A stretch of DNA of 48,810 nt, taken from assembly GCA_018398765.1 (NCBI GenBank), contig JAHBMJ010000397.1, positions 1 through 48,810 on the forward strand. The letters are read 5' to 3'. The notes below the pieces were generated by a model, which was not told where the DNA came from, ran no database searches, and saw nothing but the letters and a program-made list of their open reading frames with translations. Source of the stretch: Chromera velia. Its lineage: Eukaryota. Position 1 is the first letter of the stretch. Every line of letters starts with the position of its first letter. Positions 16,290-28,202 of the stretch are shown here, piece by piece. The translations under genes were made by a program, and so were the position numbers.

Positions 16290-16660
16290 GCTAGGGCATG
16301 CAGGCACGCGAGAGCGCGCGCGCATGTTCGAGCGCGACGTATAGGGGCGATGATTCCCGATGATTTCGCGGAAAACGCCATGCATCGCCATGCACTGTCA
16401 TTCGGCACTGCAGCAGCAGTCTGCTCGAGTAATCTCGAGTACGCAGCGGAGCTGTCAGCAAACGCGCCATTGCTATCATAGTAGTAACAGACGTCTTGTA
16501 ATGATCCACCATGCCCCTGTACAGTTGTACACTTTAATACCGCTCATCCTCTGCCGACAGGAGAATGAACAACAGTGCATGCACATCCGGACGAGATTGA
16601 AAATTAAAAAGAAGTGCATGCTGGGACAGGGATCCTGCGTCTCGGTCTCTTTGCATGCCC
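16290..16660. promoter_or_regulatory. Putative bidirectional promoter with GCATGC/TGCATG motifs
   Basis: Multiple gcatgc/catgca/tgcatgca sites between the divergent CTL-like (-) and RING (+) genes. Confidence 0.55.
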
Positions 16661-16719
16661 TCTATTACCACCCTTTTTGCTTAAACTTCCCCAAACAGTA
16701 AAAGCTCGCCTGTTGACCA

Positions 16720-17661
16720 ATGGAGACCTGTCCGGTGTGCTTCGAGGAGTTCAACAGACGGAAACAACGGGCGGTCAAATGCTCTGCAGAGCACTCATGT
16801 GGAAAGTCAGTCTGCTCTGCATGTATATACAACCAACGCCAAGTAAGGAAGCCGCAAAACGCGCCGCAAAGCCACAGGACCGCAAAGCCGGCAGGCAGTG
16901 TGTTCAGACCTCATCATCTTTCTGATGCATGCATGCATATGTGTGTGTGAGGCAATCGAAGGATCCATTCCGCGTGCACGTACATGCATGCCTTCATGCC
17001 TACATGCAAGTGTCTCGTTACTTTATTTCCACCTGTGTCACTCAATGGGTTGGAGGAAAGTCCGTCTACTGTGCCAGAACAGCCTTGTATGCTTCTCTTT
17101 GCATCATCGAGACTTGGATGTTGTTTGTCTCTGAGCGGAATTGCTCTGATGTCTTGTCTCTCTTTACAGCCCTCCATGCTTTCTTGAGCGTCATTTACCA
17201 CAATCTGCTGGTGCTGCCGCTGCTGCTGCTGCTGGAAAACATGGTGGCCCGGATTTCACCACAGCTGTCCGCGTGTCTACATGTTTTTGCTTTGAATGAG
17301 ACAGGATTCACGGCTGATGCTAATCAATGTGTCTGCGTTTCTGTAAAACTGTCAGACTGCTTCACTCTGGATCAGCAGTGTCATTTCGTATCCACCAACA
17401 ACATTGACATTTTGTGCACCCATGTGTTTCCTGCTCCCCCCGTGAATGCTCTGTGCGTGCAGCGTGTACTGCGAAAGCTGCTTCAGGTAAGGGGGCGAAG
17501 CGGACACTTGCATACAAGCGGGCCCAGCTTCCAGCAAGAAACAAGCTGCCCCCTCTACCTTGTTCCATTTAATTGCTCACATAAGAATGTGAACAAATCA
17601 GTGAGACAGATGGACATGATGGCCTGGCGTCGCGCGGTCTGCCGACACTTTGCAGGAAATT

Positions 17662-17706
<45 letters not shown>

Positions 17707-20700
17707 TTTTTTTTTCTTTTAATGGCGGGGAAAGGTCCTTCTAGCTTATTATTCCAGTTTCTCCCCCTCATTTGCCTGCTTCTGGGGACATCGCGGGATT
17801 CTCATTCGATATGGAACTTCACGCTTGCGCGCTTGCAGACATGTGGCCACCCAGAAGAAAGCGGATCTGCGGAGGTGCCCATTCTGCCGGGAACCTCTGA
17901 AGCAGGAATGCGTGTACGACCCCCGCATCGCACATGACCTCAAGGAGAGAAAAAAGGTCAGTGAATGGGGACCAGTGGGTGCGATCATGAGCGCATGTCT
18001 GTCCGTTTGTTGTTTTCTTTCTTGGCCGTTTCTCAAAATTGAACGACTCCGTAGAGGTGGCGCAGAAGAGAAAACAAGTCATAGGGCAAGGGAAAAGGCT
18101 GGGATAAGAGTCAGTGGGGGTTCTCATGTAAGCACAAGGTGAGTGTTGGTATCAGCAGCTCCTTGCCACACGTACCCTTCCTTTCCTCTTGAAAGAAGTA
18201 CCCTCTGCCCGTCTTAGTTGCCTCCCTAAACTTACTTGCTTTCTCTAAGTTGGCCTTTACTTCTTCCCTTTTCCCTCCTTCCTTCTCTCTCTCCCTCCCT
18301 TATTCTCCCATTGACTGACCTTCCTTGTCTTTGTCCCTCTGCAGGAGTCCCTTGCCACAGTTGCTGCCAGGAGGCTGATCCCCCTCCCTCCTGTGGAGTC
18401 CTTTGGCGGTTTGGGGGGAACCTCAGGGGGTGCCCGGCCGAGTGCGAGTCGGTACGAGGGAGGGTCGTATGGGGGAGGGAATTATGGAGAGGCTGAGGGG
18501 GGGGGGAGCAGAAGAGAGAGCGCTATAGACGTGCGCCTAATTGAGAATCCAAACAACAAGAGGACGTCACTTGGGGATGAGCAGACCCCCATCGCCCCCT
18601 TTCGAGATGGTGAGGGGGACTCTGGGGGGTGGGTTCCGGATTCTTTGGAGGCAGGAAGGGAGACGGAGAGAGGAGACGGGTTCGAGAGACGGCCAGCAAG
18701 CAGGAGGGAAGAGGCTGCACATTTTTTGCCGGGCATGCCGAGCGAGGTCAGTCGTGTGATTTGATCATCGAGGGAGCGAGTGTGTGATTGAGGGGGCATA
18801 AGGGTTTAACTTCTGTTTTGGCGCATGTTTGAGAAACCGTTTGCTTGATTTTTGTATCTTTTATGATTCGCTTTTTGGTTGTGAGTTCGACGGACTGTAC
18901 TCTTGATCGCTCAGAGAAGGAAACAGAAAGAGACGCGGTGTGGGTTTCAGTAAAAGGAGAAAAGGCATGCATGATTTCGGTACCTGTTGATCACTCTGCT
19001 TCCTTCGTTATGCTGGGTACAAGGATGGATGAAAGGAATTGATGGATTCGTAATATTTTAGACAACGTTTTTGTTTCATGTTCCCTCCCTTTCCCTCCCT
19101 TTCCTTCCCTCCCCTGCCCCCCCCTGTTTAATTCTCTCTATGTGTCACGTCTGTTCATGTATTCTCTTCCGAGTTGATCAGGATGGAAGTCCAGCGACTT
19201 TAGATGGACATGCGACGGGGGCCCCGGCAAGGGCAGGGGGGGACATGGGAGACGGGATGCCGGAGCCCTCTATTGTTGGAAGGAAAACAGGAGACGGCAC
19301 AATGGAGAGAGGGGAGTCCATCGGGGTTCGGTAAGTTGTCAACTGCATGTCTTTCTGTACTGCCATCTTTTACCTGTCTTGCGGCTTCCATTCATTCGTC
19401 ACCTTCTGCCTTTCCTTCCTTTTTTCTGTTTCTCTTTTTTTCCTTTTGTGTGCCTGTCCTTCCTTTCTTCCTTCCTTCCTGCGTTCTTTCCTTCGTTCCT
19501 TCCCTCTCTCCCTCCCTCCATCCATCCATCCATCCATCCTTCGCTTTTTCCTTGCCTGCTGGTCTTCTTTCGTTCCTTCTTCTTTCGCTTACTTGTGTCT
19601 TTTGTTCTCTCCCGGTTTCTGATCGACCCTTTTGTCCTTCCTGTGCTCTCCCTCCCACTGCATGGGTCTTCCTTACTTACTTTCTTCAGTGTTTCCCCCC
19701 ATCCATGCATGACCACCGCTGTACGTCCCACGAAGGGCCCGAGAGAAAATTGAGGTGATGTGCAAGGTGCATAGAGAGTGAAAGAAAGCTTGCTTCCCGA
19801 TTTTTGTACATCAATCCCATTCTTCGGATACATCAATTGTGGGTTTTTATTTCTCTCTGCCTGCCCTGGCACGTTGAATCAACTGAGCTTGCGCAGAAGC
19901 GCGTCGACTGTGTCCAGTTGGGGAGAGTTCAAATTTGAACACGAGAAGCCAGAGGATCAGAGAAGGGGGAGCGGTCAGTCAGTCAGTCAGTCAGCTAGTG
20001 AGTGAGTAAGTGAGTGAGTGAGTGAGCAAAAGCGCAAGCTGAAAAATCCCCTTTTTAATGGCTGAAGTGTGAACAGGTTCTTTCGTTCTGTTAAGAAAGC
20101 AAATTTTGCTCTGTGCTCTTCTCATCTGTTTTCTTCTCTTCTCTTCTCTTTCGCTCTTTTGCTCTTCCCATTTGTTTTAAGGACGGTGTGTCAATTTTGA
20201 GATGACATGCCGTACTTCGTCATCCTTCCTGTTCCTCTGCTGTCCTGGCTCTCTACACAGCATCCGATTAGAAGAAGCAAAATGATATCCAGCTCTCTAG
20301 GCGAGTTGGGTCGTCTCGTTGTAGTGGCATGCACATATTGAGGAGCGAAAAAGCACATGTAACTGCAACAAAACATCTGCTCGGATGAATCCGTACATGT
20401 GCATTCATGCATGCATGCCTCATGCATCGTGTGTGCAGCAAGCACGCAGGCGTCAGGTCGGGGCCCGGGTCCACCGAACATCTTCGACACAGGAGGGGGC
20501 CTCCCTCCGGTGTTCTACAGGAGGCCGCTGACGGGACGTCGAGCCAAAATCGTGCTGTGTCTGCTGGCCCTGGAGACGGCACTATCTGTTGCTCTGGGCG
20601 TGTTGCTTGTAGTGGAAGTGCGTGCGTTTTGGGTTGCCTATGCTTCGGGAGGGGGGGCGGTTGCAGATGTCCAGTGTGAGGACGGCATCTGGGACGTGTA

Positions 20701-21974
20701 CTCAGCCAGGTAGGGGGGNNNNNNNNNNNNNNNNNNNNNNNNNNNNNNNNNNNNNNNNNNNNNNNNNNNNNNNNNNNNNNNNNNNNNNNNNNNNNNNNNN
20801 NNNNNNNNNNNNNNNNNNNNNNNNNNNNNNNNNNNNNNNNNNNNNNNNNNNNNNNNNNNNNNNNNNNNNNNNNNNNNNNNNNNNNNNNNNNNNNNNNNNN
20901 NNNNNNNNNNNNNNNNNNNNNNNNNNNNNNNNNNNNNNNNNNNNNNNNNNNNNNNNNNNNNNNNNNNNNNNNNNNNNNNNNNNNNNNNNNNNNNNNNNNN
21001 NNNNNNNNNNNNNNNNNNNNNNNNNNNNNNNNNNNNNNNNGGGGGGGGGGCATCCGTGTGTCTGGCTAATTGATTGAATGGCTGTTAAAGTTTAGTGATG
21101 GCAAGGGAAAGATGCACTGGAAAGCTGTGTGAACAGTTTTGTGTGAACAGTGGATTTCTTGAAAGGAAGTCGTGTGATGAGCGCCCGAGCTTGCCTCTCT
21201 TAATTTTCTGTCTGGAAGAAACTCCGGAGGAAGGGCGCAGCGTTGGGAAAGAACTTCAATGCGTGCCTGCCTGCCGTAAAGTCTTTTCAACGGTCGACTG
21301 GCGTGGTCAACTTGACGCGTGTGCTCGAAAGTGACTGTGCGCGTATTTCCTTCTGTTTTGTTTTGACGCCATGCAGGTACATCCTTCTCATTGTGCTCGG
21401 GCCAGTACTGTACGCTTTTTCTGTCGGCATCTCTGTGCCTTCGTCTCTGAGATGGACGACCGAAAAAGAGGACGACTGCCAGAGGAGGGCGAATTCGGCG
21501 TTTGGCGTTTTGAATTGCTGCATTGTAGGGTACGCGTCCATTTTCTGTTTTCCTCGAAATCGTGCAAGCGTTTGGAAAATGTTTTGGACGCAATGGTCCA
21601 TGCGTCTTCTTGGAGTGGCGTGTTTGTCTTTGGTGATCATTGCGCGGTTTCAGTCTAGATTTGGGGGTGTGGGTGCATCTACTGGGGAAGGGTCTGGAGA
21701 TTCTTTCCCTTTTTGTCCGTTTGACGGTCCATTAGACATACGGGAACGTTTGTCAATGACGGTTGCGAGTGTTCTGTACTCGTCGTTTTTCATCCTGGTG
21801 ATTTTGTTTGTCTGCGGACTCCCCTACTTTTGCTGCATTCTTGCACCAATGTGGATCATCTTCGCGTGGTTTGCGATGCCTTCACGGGCGGAGGTGCTCG
21901 GTCTGGCCCTTGGCATAGACGTAGTTCAGTTCATTAAGAGTGTACAGGCAGTGAAAGGACTCAGAACACTCTAA
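16720..21974 (+). CDS. RING-finger protein with C-terminal multi-TM region (putative membrane E3 ubiquitin ligase)
   Basis: Exons 16720-16805, 17463-17486 and 17839-17956 splice to METCPVCFEEF..CSAEHSCGNVYCESCFRHV..RRCPFCRE. Further exons are 18345-18746, 19182-19330, ~20450-20709 and 21377-21974 (hydrophobic helices). The 19330-20450 junction is unresolved, so two separate genes cannot be excluded. Confidence 0.7.
20719..21040. other. Assembly gap (N run) flanked by poly-G
   Basis: N bases. The flanking exons (donor 20710, acceptor 21376) are phase-compatible, so the gap may be wholly intronic. Confidence 0.98.
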
Positions 21975-23175
21975 GTTTTAAATTGCATTGGGAAAGAAAC
22001 TAGGAAAGAAAGACAATAGCAAACCCGGCCAAACCGTTGCTTCTGTAAATTAGTGGCTAGGAGGTTGAAAAGTTTGAAACTATAGGTTTGAAACTAGGTT
22101 TGAAAACGTACTAGCTAGCTAGCTAGCTAGCTAGCTGCACTGTACGTATCCTGCTGTTATATAATACCCAAACAACCTTCAATGTACGCTAGCTTATACA
22201 TAGGCTACATATATATATATATATATATATAAAGAAAATTGAGCTAAAAACCTAATTAATTAGTTTTTTTTTTAATTTTATTTTCGACGTTCACATCTTG
22301 GTCCTCAAAACAGGCATGCTGCAGTTATTGAAAAGGGGAAACAGAACCATACCGGGCGGGTGCAAACTTCCTCCTAGACTTTCTCAAATCAAGAGTGACT
22401 TTCAGATCCTCAAACCAGTCGCTAAGTGAAAGCTAGATCCTAAGCTAAACTATGAGCTAGAGCCTTTCCTGAGTGGGAGATCTGAACTGGGCCCAGATTT
22501 TTCACATTGAAAATCAATCAAAAAAAAAAAAGAAAATCAAAAATCAATTGTAGGCAATTACTTTTTTTTTTTTATGTAGGTGGCCTAGGCTTATACGGTG
22601 CTATTAAACGCTATTATAAAACACATAGCTAGAAATCCGGTGAATCGTTGCTGTCAGACAGCAACAGCATAATCTGACTATGAAGAGGGGAAACTGCATT
22701 TAAGATCTATCCCTAGCACGTTTGTTTCACTCTTAACCTTCCATCTGTCTATGTAATAAAACAGCCTAGTAAAACAACATCCTAGACAACACTCCTGGCT
22801 ACATTGCCATACGCTTAATTCTATTCGATGGATCAGTCTTTTACGGTTCAGTCATCCATGAGGATGAGTGCACTGCTCTAGGCACTGCTGAATCTCCCCA
22901 TCTCTCCCCCTTCGTCTGGATGACCATAAAGATCAATCCATTAGTTTTAACTTCTAAAGTATAATATGTAACATAATCTAGAACGTTGTATTAAAAAATG
23001 TTTTAAAAAATGTTAGCAAAACTGCTTTAAAATAGTCTGCTAAGCACTTAAAACTATGACTAGAAGTTTAGAAGCCTATTACCATGAATCCTTCCTAGAA
23101 TCCTTCTAAGTTAAAACAAAAACTTGATCACCAAGTTTTTTTATTTAAAAAAAGTTTAAGATTACATGAGAACTA

Positions 23176-23563
23176 CCCTAGGCGACAAAATTATTGAATA
23201 AAATTTTAGAGTTTAACAAAATTTCATTTTTGGGGACGGTATTGGATCAAGCTTTCCTGTTTGAGAGTTTGGGGGCTAGTGTATTTACTACTATGATTCT
23301 AGGGTTATATTGGGTCATCTTTGCCTATACAATCACTATCGAAACTTAGGTGGGTCATTTGGTACCCCTAGGGTCATTCACGATATGCAAAAAACACATT
23401 TTTTAAAAGTCAGTAAGAAATAGGTATAAAGTCTTATCAATAGACCAATAAAAAAAAAATCTTTAGATACAGTTTTACTAAAAGTATTTCTTTTACTTTT
23501 CAGCCAGTTTTCTGGATTCATTTCTTTGATATGAAGTTCATTCAATAATTTTGTTGTCTAGGG
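23176..23563. mobile_element. MITE / non-autonomous TIR element, copy 1
   Basis: 388 bp with ~27-bp imperfect TIRs (CCCTAGGCGACAAAATTATTGAATAAA ... TTCATTCAATAATTTTGTTGTCTAGGG). Flanks are TA and TG. No transposase. Nearly identical to 24508-24903. Confidence 0.85.
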
Positions 23564-24507
23564 TGTGAGGGCAAAAATTAACATTTCTCATGTTTTCACT
23601 TTTCACTTTTCTTTCAATGTCGATTCAAACAGAAAGAAGAACAGTTATAAAGGTACAAATAGTGCATGTGATACGTCTTGCATTGAACTGTATCTGCTGC
23701 TAAAACAATGCTCTGGTTTGTCTACCTCTTGGACGTAATACAAGGGCTATGGTGCCTTGCAAGGTATATTGGAACAACAAACTGCGCTGACAAGGATGAA
23801 GGTCAAAAAACCAGAGAAAGGAGGGGGCGACAGCATGCAAAGAAGCGCTATGCTATCACTTGTTATTCAAATGAAGAGCCATGCTGGAGAGTGAAAGCAT
23901 TGAGAACTTTTTGAAGGAAGGAAGGAAGTTACACTTGTGCATGAGTTGAAGATGACAGTCGAAGCAAAAAACCAGTTTCTAAACTATAAAATTTTGAGGG
24001 TTTGCTTTGCTATTGAGAAGCTATAGGGCAACCTGTTACAAGAGTTTAATGTGTGCACAAAGATAGCAGACTGGAATTAGATCAGTTTAGATTAGGCAGC
24101 GGGAAAGGGCTGTATTAAAGTTATTGATCACCTTCTGTGACGTACTTCGGAGGATAAGAAATGATAGAGAGAGATGATAAAGATGGAATGTGCAAATCCA
24201 GAGAAGTACATGATGACTAAGAGAGGAGAAGACTATTTGGCACGGTTGTAGCTTGCTGTACAAAGGGTCTCTACCAGATCGATTCGTGGCTTGTGCGGTG
24301 TGATAAAGAAAAAGTGGCAGTCGGTGTTCAACAGAAAATATAATTAGGTGAAGTTTGATTAAAATTGTTTTTATGACCTGTGTTAGAGATACAAGGGTCC
24401 CACTTACTATATATAATCATTATACAATAAATAATTTTCTAAAATGTTATAAGATTAAAATACTTTGTAGTTTTGTTTCTTTATGTAATAATAAGGATCG
24501 TTGCATA

Positions 24508-24903
24508 CCCTAGGGCCTAGGCGACAAAATTATTGAATAAAATTTTAAAGTTTGGCAAAATTTCATTTTTGGGGACGGTATTGGATCAAGCTTTCCTGTT
24601 TGAAAGTTTGGGGGCTAGTGTATTTACTACTATGATTCTAGGGTTATATTGGGTCATCTTTGCCTATACAATCACTATCGAAACTCAGGTGGGTCATTTG
24701 GTACCCCTAGGGTCATTCACGATATGCAAAAAACATATTTTTTAAAAGTCAGTAAGAAATAGGTATAGAGTCTTATCAATAGACCAATAAAAAAAAACAT
24801 CTTTAGATACAGTTTTACTAAAAGTATTTCTTTTACTTTTCAGCCAGTTTTCTGGATTCATTTCTTTGATATGAAGTTTATTCAATAATTTTGTCGTCTA
24901 GGG
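24508..24903. mobile_element. MITE / non-autonomous TIR element, copy 2
   Basis: Same element in the same orientation. Right TIR is TTTATTCAATAATTTTGTCGTCTAGGG. TA on both sides (possible TSD). 7 extra nt inside the left end (CCCTAGGGCCTAGG). Confidence 0.85.
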
Positions 24904-25159
24904 TAGTATAAAAGAAATCACAAAACGAATCTACACAAATCACACACAAAAACCTAGACAAAAACTCAATGCCAGTGTAAAACTGCATGCGTAAATGAAT
25001 AAATGAATGGATAAATGACTAAGCCGGTGGAGCCGAGCTCCTGGCAGTCCATGTCATACTAAATAATCAAAATTCTTTGTAGATTCCAAGCAAAATTTTG
25101 TACAATAAACTGATTTGCACTATACGATTCGCGTAACACAGACAGTGTAGCACACAATG

Positions 25160-27327
25160 CTATACAGGGTTGTCTGTTTTTCTTGTAGGAGATGAATGGG
25201 CAGCGAGGCGTCTAGCTGCACTTGGGGAAAGCCAGTCATCGGGACTCGAGAGTGGACCTAGGAGATGAGCAACACGATCGCCAGAAGAGTCTGCTGCTTT
25301 TCCTGCGACAAAACCCTCCCCCTTTCCCTTCCCACTCCCTCTTCGCATTGGGGCTTCGGCTTTGCATCTTTGGGCAACCGTTGAGGCTTTCTGGAAGACC
25401 TCTGTGAGAGTCTTGAGCTGCACGTCAGTGAATTGACTGCTCCGTCGGTCTACCTCAGTTGCGAGGAGACGAAGAAAAGAAGCAGGAAGCACAAGCGACT
25501 TTTCAATTACATAATCTCGCCCCTTGCCCCCCTGGGATGACAGGACCCCGCTTGCATGGAGGCAGAAGGCGTCAGACACTGCAGATGCGGCAGTGCACGC
25601 GACTGCCGCAGAGAGACCGTGCAGACGATCCGAAAGAAAACTGATCAGGCCCCGCAAAGCCTGAGGTTCCCACCAGCAGAGGTCCCGAAAAGCGACCACG
25701 ACGCGAACAACATCCTCTAAGGGCAACGATGCTGATGTTATCCCTCTCCTATGCAAGTCTCTTGCAAAGTGAGAGAGAAAGACCTGGGTGGGTGGGGGGG
25801 GACTCAGCCTTCTCTCTATGCAGACCTTCCACACTTTTTCTCTTAGAGACGGGGAAAGCGAGGAAGAAGAAGATGCGACAGGAAAGTGGGACCTGGGACA
25901 TGCTACTGATGCATTCCCAGTCCGAAGACCGTCAGCAAGGAGGAAGGAAGTCTCTGTCTCTGCTGAAGTTGCAGAGGAGGGAAGGGAGGAGGGTGGGGGG
26001 GAAGGAAGAAGAGATTCCATTCGCCCTGAAACCTCCCTTGCCCCAACATCTTCCCCCCAGACCCTGCCCGATACAGAGTTCCCCCCCTCTGCCATCTTTC
26101 GCTTTGTGTGTTCAAAAAAGGGTTCCCCCTCTTCTCCTACTGCTGCTGCTTCTGCTGCTTTTGTATCGGCAGGGACATCAGGGTACAGAGAGAGCGACGC
26201 TGCGGACTCTTGGAGAGTCTCTGTGACAGAGACCCCGCAAGGCCACCACAAATCTGCATCAGATTCTCGTTTTGTCCCTCTCCTGTTCCCTTCGAGGGAA
26301 TCTAGGTGGGCATCGCCGGCCCCTCCCGGTAGAAGGGGGAGCAGCTGGCTGAGACGTTGGAGAAAGAGGACGCAGGTGAGGGACTGGGAAGGAGTGAGGG
26401 TCTCCTTCCTCTCCCAGAGGAGACGCAGGCAGGAGAGAATCATATGCACACAGAGAGTGAGGGCGTCACGCACATCCGTGTCCCCTCTCTCTGCTTCTAT
26501 CGAAAGAGGGGTTGCTGTCTCTGCCAGTCTCTCTATTTGTTCCGATGAGGAGACGACGAGACGCAGAAGTTCACGAGGTGTTGCTGTCTCCAATTGCAGC
26601 AACGCAGTGCCGAGGAGACGGCAGAGGAGCCCCGGGGAGAGAAGGGAGATGTCACTCGACGGGTCTGAGAGCCGTAATGACGTTTCTGCTTTGGCTAGGT
26701 TCGGCAACGTTACAACGACGTCGGAGAGTGTCATGTTCACTGCTAGTCGGAAGGTGGCGTCTTTGATCTTCAGCCACAGCGCGGGATTTCGTCCATCCAA
26801 TTTGGCCATGGCCTTGGCAAGAAGTGCAATGTCGTTCGGAATACATTCATTCCACAACTTCCTTACATGAGGGGCGTCCCCTGAACACTCCTCTGCCTTG
26901 GCGTCATTTCTTTCTGCGTCCCCTGAGAGAAGGAAGGACGACGTGGCGTCGAGGAGACGGTGATGGGACCCACCCCCCAGTCTGTGTAGACCGAAAAGGG
27001 CGCGCGTGATTCCAGGCCAATGGAGATCTGGAAGAAGGGCAATAGTGCGGGCAGTGAGCCTTTCGTGGAGCTCTGGTTTCCCCCGCCCCCCCGGTCCCTC
27101 TGTGCTTCTCGCTGCTTTGTCAATTGAATCGAGAAGCTTCCACGATGCCATCTGCCCTGTTTCGTAAAGTGCATCGTTCAGGTTACGCACAATTTTCCCA
27201 CTCGGAAGCATTCTGGCTCACAGTTTCACACAAAAGATGGAAAAAAGAGGGATACGTCACTCAGAAACCTCTCAGATGGAGGGTTCAAGCCCGCTTGAAG
27301 ATTTCGAGCCAGAGTCGTACGCTGCAT
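25160..27327 (-). CDS. Helical-repeat protein, heptatricopeptide-repeat (HPR)-like; probable organellar RNA-binding protein
   Basis: 683-aa ORF 27211-25160 plus a likely first exon 27327-27269 (MQRTTLARNLQAGLNPPSER; 56-nt phase-2 intron). The units IPNDIALLAKAMAKLDGRNPALWLKIKDATFRLAVNM and LPLEDVVRVVVAFRDLCWWEPQALRGLISFLSDRLHG are each 37 aa to the start of the next unit. Confidence 0.7.
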
Positions 27328-27524
27328 TGTCCGACCAATCACGGCCTGTCCCGAGCCGCGAAAAAAGAACCTACGCACTGTCCGAGCACAGAATAAATTG
27401 GCCCTGCTAGAAAAATGCATTCGTTTCAGACAGAGTCATCTATTGATATAGGAAAGTGGCTTGGGATGGATCAGGAGAAGGGAGACGGCAGCATAGACAT
27501 CCCCTAGAAGACATCTCTTTTTGG

Positions 27525-27765
27525 AGACGGCATGCATCTCAGAGACGGCTCAGTCTGCACGCATGCCGTGGCCCCCGGCCATGGTATCTGTTAAGGCCCT
27601 TAGCCGCACCTATGGAAAAAAAAAAGTCGAATTACCAATAAATCGGGTTACATTTGCCTTTCGGGACCCGCGCTTTCCGGCATGCAACTGTACAGCGCGT
27701 GCATGGCGAACATGCACCTTTTGTCGAACCTTGATGTATCGGTACACATGCAAAAACACACATGG
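27525..27765. promoter_or_regulatory. GCATGC/TGCATG motif cluster upstream of the HPR-like gene
   Basis: At least six gcatgc/catgca/tgcatg sites in 240 bp. Confidence 0.55.
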
Positions 27766-28202
27766 AGGGGAATTGTACATAGATTCGATCATCTGTGTAG
27801 TTTTCAAGGAAGGCAATAAAGCACACCGTCTAAGTGAAGCTGTTCTGAATTGCTCCGTTGTTTGACTATACCACCAAGCTCAGTGGCAAATTAAGACATG
27901 CCGCCTTACAGAGTCAGGAGTAAGCCACACCATGACTGAGTGCGCTTGACAAAGAGGAAAAACGGTTAATTTGAAATGTAGGAACCTCTTTTTGCCCGTC
28001 TTCTTTCTCTCTACTTTGCTCCTCTTATCATTCTTCAGCACCTGGTTTCTCGACTTCCTTCTACCTCCACTTGAGGATTTGAGACGCAAAATACTCTCTC
28101 TATATAGTATGTGTCACTGTGGATGCTGTAGTATTCGCTTTGAAATGTTGTGGAAAGGCTTACTGCGTATGGGTTCAGCGCTTGGTAAGTTCAAGAGGGA
28201 GA

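Noticed and set aside
16929..17744. 271-aa plus-strand ORF
   Set aside because: It lies in the introns of the RING gene, has no recognisable domain, and overlaps the microexon in a different frame.
24533..24745. 70-aa hydrophobic ORF inside MITE copy 2
   Set aside because: It has a non-ATG start, is interrupted by TAG in copy 1, and shows no transposase features.
25729..26870. Plus-strand ORFs of 165 and 360 aa
   Set aside because: They are antisense shadows of the HPR-like CDS.
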